A stretch of DNA of 64,000 nucleotides, taken from positions 12,456 to 76,455 of the forward strand of contig CBDCYO010000001.1 in the NCBI GenBank assembly GCA_965224255.1. Direction: 5' to 3'. Positions 61,922 to 64,000 of this stretch are shown here, one piece after another. The notes beneath the pieces are model-generated. The model saw only the letters and a list, made by a program, of their open reading frames with translations. It did no database searches and was not told where the DNA came from. The position numbers and the translations under genes are program-made. The DNA is from Dehalococcoidia bacterium (lineage in GTDB: Bacteria > Chloroflexota > Dehalococcoidia > UBA6926). Position 1 is the first letter of the stretch. The number at the start of each line of letters is the position of its first letter.

Positions 61922-63145
61922 TACTCAATCAATGTTGGAATTGAAGGGATAGAGGCGATGCAATTTGGTTCTGGCGTCCTGGGTGTTGAACCGCCAGTTG
62001 ATGGTGGCCTTGGAGGCGTTGCGCTGGACCTCATAGGCGTTGATGGCTCGCTGCAGGGCAGTCTCGTCGGGATTACGCCCCTGGAGACAGGCCCGGGTCA
62101 ACACGCTGAACTCGATCTCCGCCATGTTCAGCCAACTGGCGTGCTTGGGCGTGTGGTGAAATTCCAGCCGCTTCACGATGCGCCGAGCTTCGGCGGCGGG
62201 GAAGGTCTCGTAGAGGGAGGCCATACGATGGGTATTCAGATTGTCCAGCACCACGCGGACCACCGGAGCATCGGGGTAGGCCTCATCCACCAGCCACCGC
62301 ATCTGGTTGGCAAAGTCTTCCATGGTGCGTCGCTCGGTGATCGCCACGTGTCGCCAGCCCGCCAGGGGTTCGCAGGTCAGGAAGATGTTGCGGGTACCGC
62401 CGCGGCGATACTCGTAATCCTGACGCCGCGGTTGTCCCGGTTGCACTGGGATGGGCGGCCTGGTGTCGGCCAGCAACTGAGTGGAAGTCTCATCAAAGCA
62501 GACCACCGGCCGGTCTGGGTCGTAGGGCTCAGCATACAAGTCCAGCACGTCCTCCATCGCCGCCACGAATTCACCCCCTACCTTGGGGATGCACCACTGC
62601 TGCTTCCGCCACGGCTGGAGGACGTTTTTTTGAGCCTCAACCGCACCGTCTCATGGGACAGGGACTCCACCAACCCCAACTCCACCACTCGGTCGGCCAA
62701 AAGATGCAGGGTCCAGTAGTCGTGGCCATCGGGCGCTGGGCTGCACGCCAGGGCGATCAGGTGGGCCTCCCCCTTGTCATCAAGCTTCCGGTATCGGTTG
62801 GCCTGGACCCGGTCCTGCAACACGCCATCTAAACCTTCCTCAGCGTACCGCCGTTTGGCGCGGTACACCGTACCCTTGGAGATGTCCAAAGCGGCCGCCA
62901 CCTGTGGTGCGTTCCATCCCGCATCTACTTTCAGCAGGGTGCGCGCTCGGGCGATGATGCGCGCCGAACTTTTGCCGCTGCGAATCAGCTGGCTCAGTCG
63001 CTCACGTTCGTCCGGCGTCAACTGTACCGCGTATTGCTCCAGGGCCATGTTTACCATACCTCCTCTCCACTCTATTTTGCAGTCAGCGTAGCACTTGGAA
63101 GCCTCTCCCTAAAACTACCTACAATGCTGATTTGAACCAGTACTA
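61919..63145 (-). mobile_element. IS630-family insertion sequence (~1.23 kb) bounded by TA dinucleotides
   Basis: Ends TA|GTACTCAATCAATG... and ...GAACCAGTAC|TA. Inserted between gene A' and gene B' of the duplicated cassette. Confidence 0.8.
61925..63057 (-). CDS. IS630-family transposase (OrfA HTH 62578-63057; OrfB DDE 61925-62566; frameshift-joined)
   Basis: OrfA ...SARIIARARTLLKVDAGW..KGTVYRAKRRY. OrfB ...VVCFDETSTQLL...VVLDNLNTH...HTPKHASWLNMAEIEF. Confidence 0.8.
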
Positions 63146-63176
63146 GCTGCCCAGTGGCTTGCGACGCCCTTGAAGA

Positions 63177-63746
63177 ATGCGTGTCATAGGGCGCCTGGAA
63201 GAACCAACCGTGCATCGGTTGTTGAACACGCTGACGATAATGGTTTGCCTGTTGGTTATGCTGGCCTGCGGCGGTGACACCGATGACCGTATGGTGCGTC
63301 GCTACGCCAAATGCCTGACGGACACCAACACCACCCTGCATCGGCTGACCGTGTCCAGCACAATCGGGACTGTTCCGCTAAGTGCAGAGGCGGTGGAGGA
63401 ACGGTTGCGTGGTCAACTGGAGAGAGGGGAGCTCACCATGGGGGGAGATCAGGGCCGACTACGCTCGCTACTGCAAATAGGAGCCGGCGAGAGCTGCGGG
63501 AAGAACGCGGGCGAAAGGCGCTGGGGCGGGGCGCAGTCCGGTATCAAAATGGTCCCCGCCAGGCTGAATGCCAGGTGCGCTATGGTGGCGACGCAATGCG
63601 TCGCGTTTGGCGCGGATTGGATGGCTGGAGAGACGACCGGGGGGCGAATGATGTGGCGCATCCGTAATCGAGAGGGTCCAAAACGGGGCGACGAAAACCG
63701 CCGTCGGGCCGGCGGTAAGAATCACCGCACGAAGCGGTTTACGTAA
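63177..63746 (+). CDS. gene B copy 2; first ~95 aa paralogous to 56907-57209, then reads through into unrelated sequence
   Basis: MRVIGRLEEPTVHRLLNTLTIMVCLLVMLACGGDTDDRMVRRYAKCLTDTNTTLHRLTVSS...; the copy-1 stop context is replaced. Confidence 0.4.
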   Translation: MRVIGRLEEPTVHRLLNTLTIMVCLLVMLACGGDTDDRMVRRYAKCLTDTNTTLHRLTVSSTIGTVPLSAEAVEERLRGQLERGELTMGGDQGRLRSLLQIGAGESCGKNAGERRWGGAQSGIKMVPARLNARCAMVATQCVAFGADWMAGETTGGRMMWRIRNREGPKRGDENRRRAGGKNHRTKRFT

Positions 63747-64000
63747 TGACCCATTGCGCGAAGCACGGCGGGTATCAATAAGACGCAGTTCGCCAGAATG
63801 ATGGGGGCCTTAGTCAAGGCGATTAAGAGGTTGCGGCGATTGTCCTCAACGATGCCAGTTGCTAGCCCATTGCCCATGGGATTCAGGGTGATGGCCAGGC
63901 TGGAACCCACCGGGTAACAGTTCAGAGTCGAGGGGAAATGAGCAGCTGACGGCAGGCGGCGAGAGGATTTAGACCTTGGGCGCGCCAGGTGCCGAAGATG

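Overview
High-GC (~62%) bacterial DNA, possibly Actinobacteria- or Chloroflexi-like, heavily mosaic, with lower-GC inserted modules. Two near-identical IS110-family copies in direct orientation (1-360, partial at window edge; ~49890-51070, with nonsense and frameshift mutations) bracket a ~50 kb segment. That segment carries several defence and plasmid-like modules. It has a complete Type I R-M operon (hsdM-hsdS-hsdR, 11255-18088). It has a translationally coupled Dam-like MTase / ParB-like / PD-(D/E)xK-like cassette (18653-21630, - strand, lower GC). It has an AbiEi/AbiEii-like pair whose AbiEi carries an extra N-terminal nuclease-like domain (30014-31919). It has a large HEPN-motif protein next to a Hanks-type Ser/Thr kinase (32032-35336). 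It has a split NERD - UvrD-like helicase - NERD cluster (35610-39585), followed by a frameshifted EEP nuclease and an SF2 helicase with Cys-rich C-terminus that carries an in-frame TAA (39749-42882). It also has a plasmid-type partition/replication module (ParA, ParG-like RHH, second RHH, Rep-like HTH+DnaA_N protein, tandem DnaC/IstB-like ATPase; 44331-49506). Other content: an IS701/IS4-like element (6012-7577), an IS5/IS427-group element inserted into a hypothetical gene with a TTA duplication (24520-25380) plus a truncated second copy (~54380-54612), an IS630-family element (61919-63145) inserted into the second copy of a duplicated two-gene cassette, an IS630 IR remnant (2278-2321), an IS110-family transposase fragment (58870-59461) and tyrosine-recombinase fragments (22050-22602, 23646-23930). 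Housekeeping-like genes: an amidohydrolase lipoprotein, a DUF4097-like lipoprotein, an amino-acid-type ABC substrate-binding protein and a Na/Pi cotransporter. A family of nine ~29-bp hairpin elements with a covarying stem (ATGGCAGA[C/G]TT...AA[G/C]TCTGCCAT) sits at module boundaries. Three unrelated genes carry single in-frame TAA codons. No rRNA, tRNA or CRISPR array was recognised. Coordinates of non-ORF-track features are approximate (+/- 2 bp).
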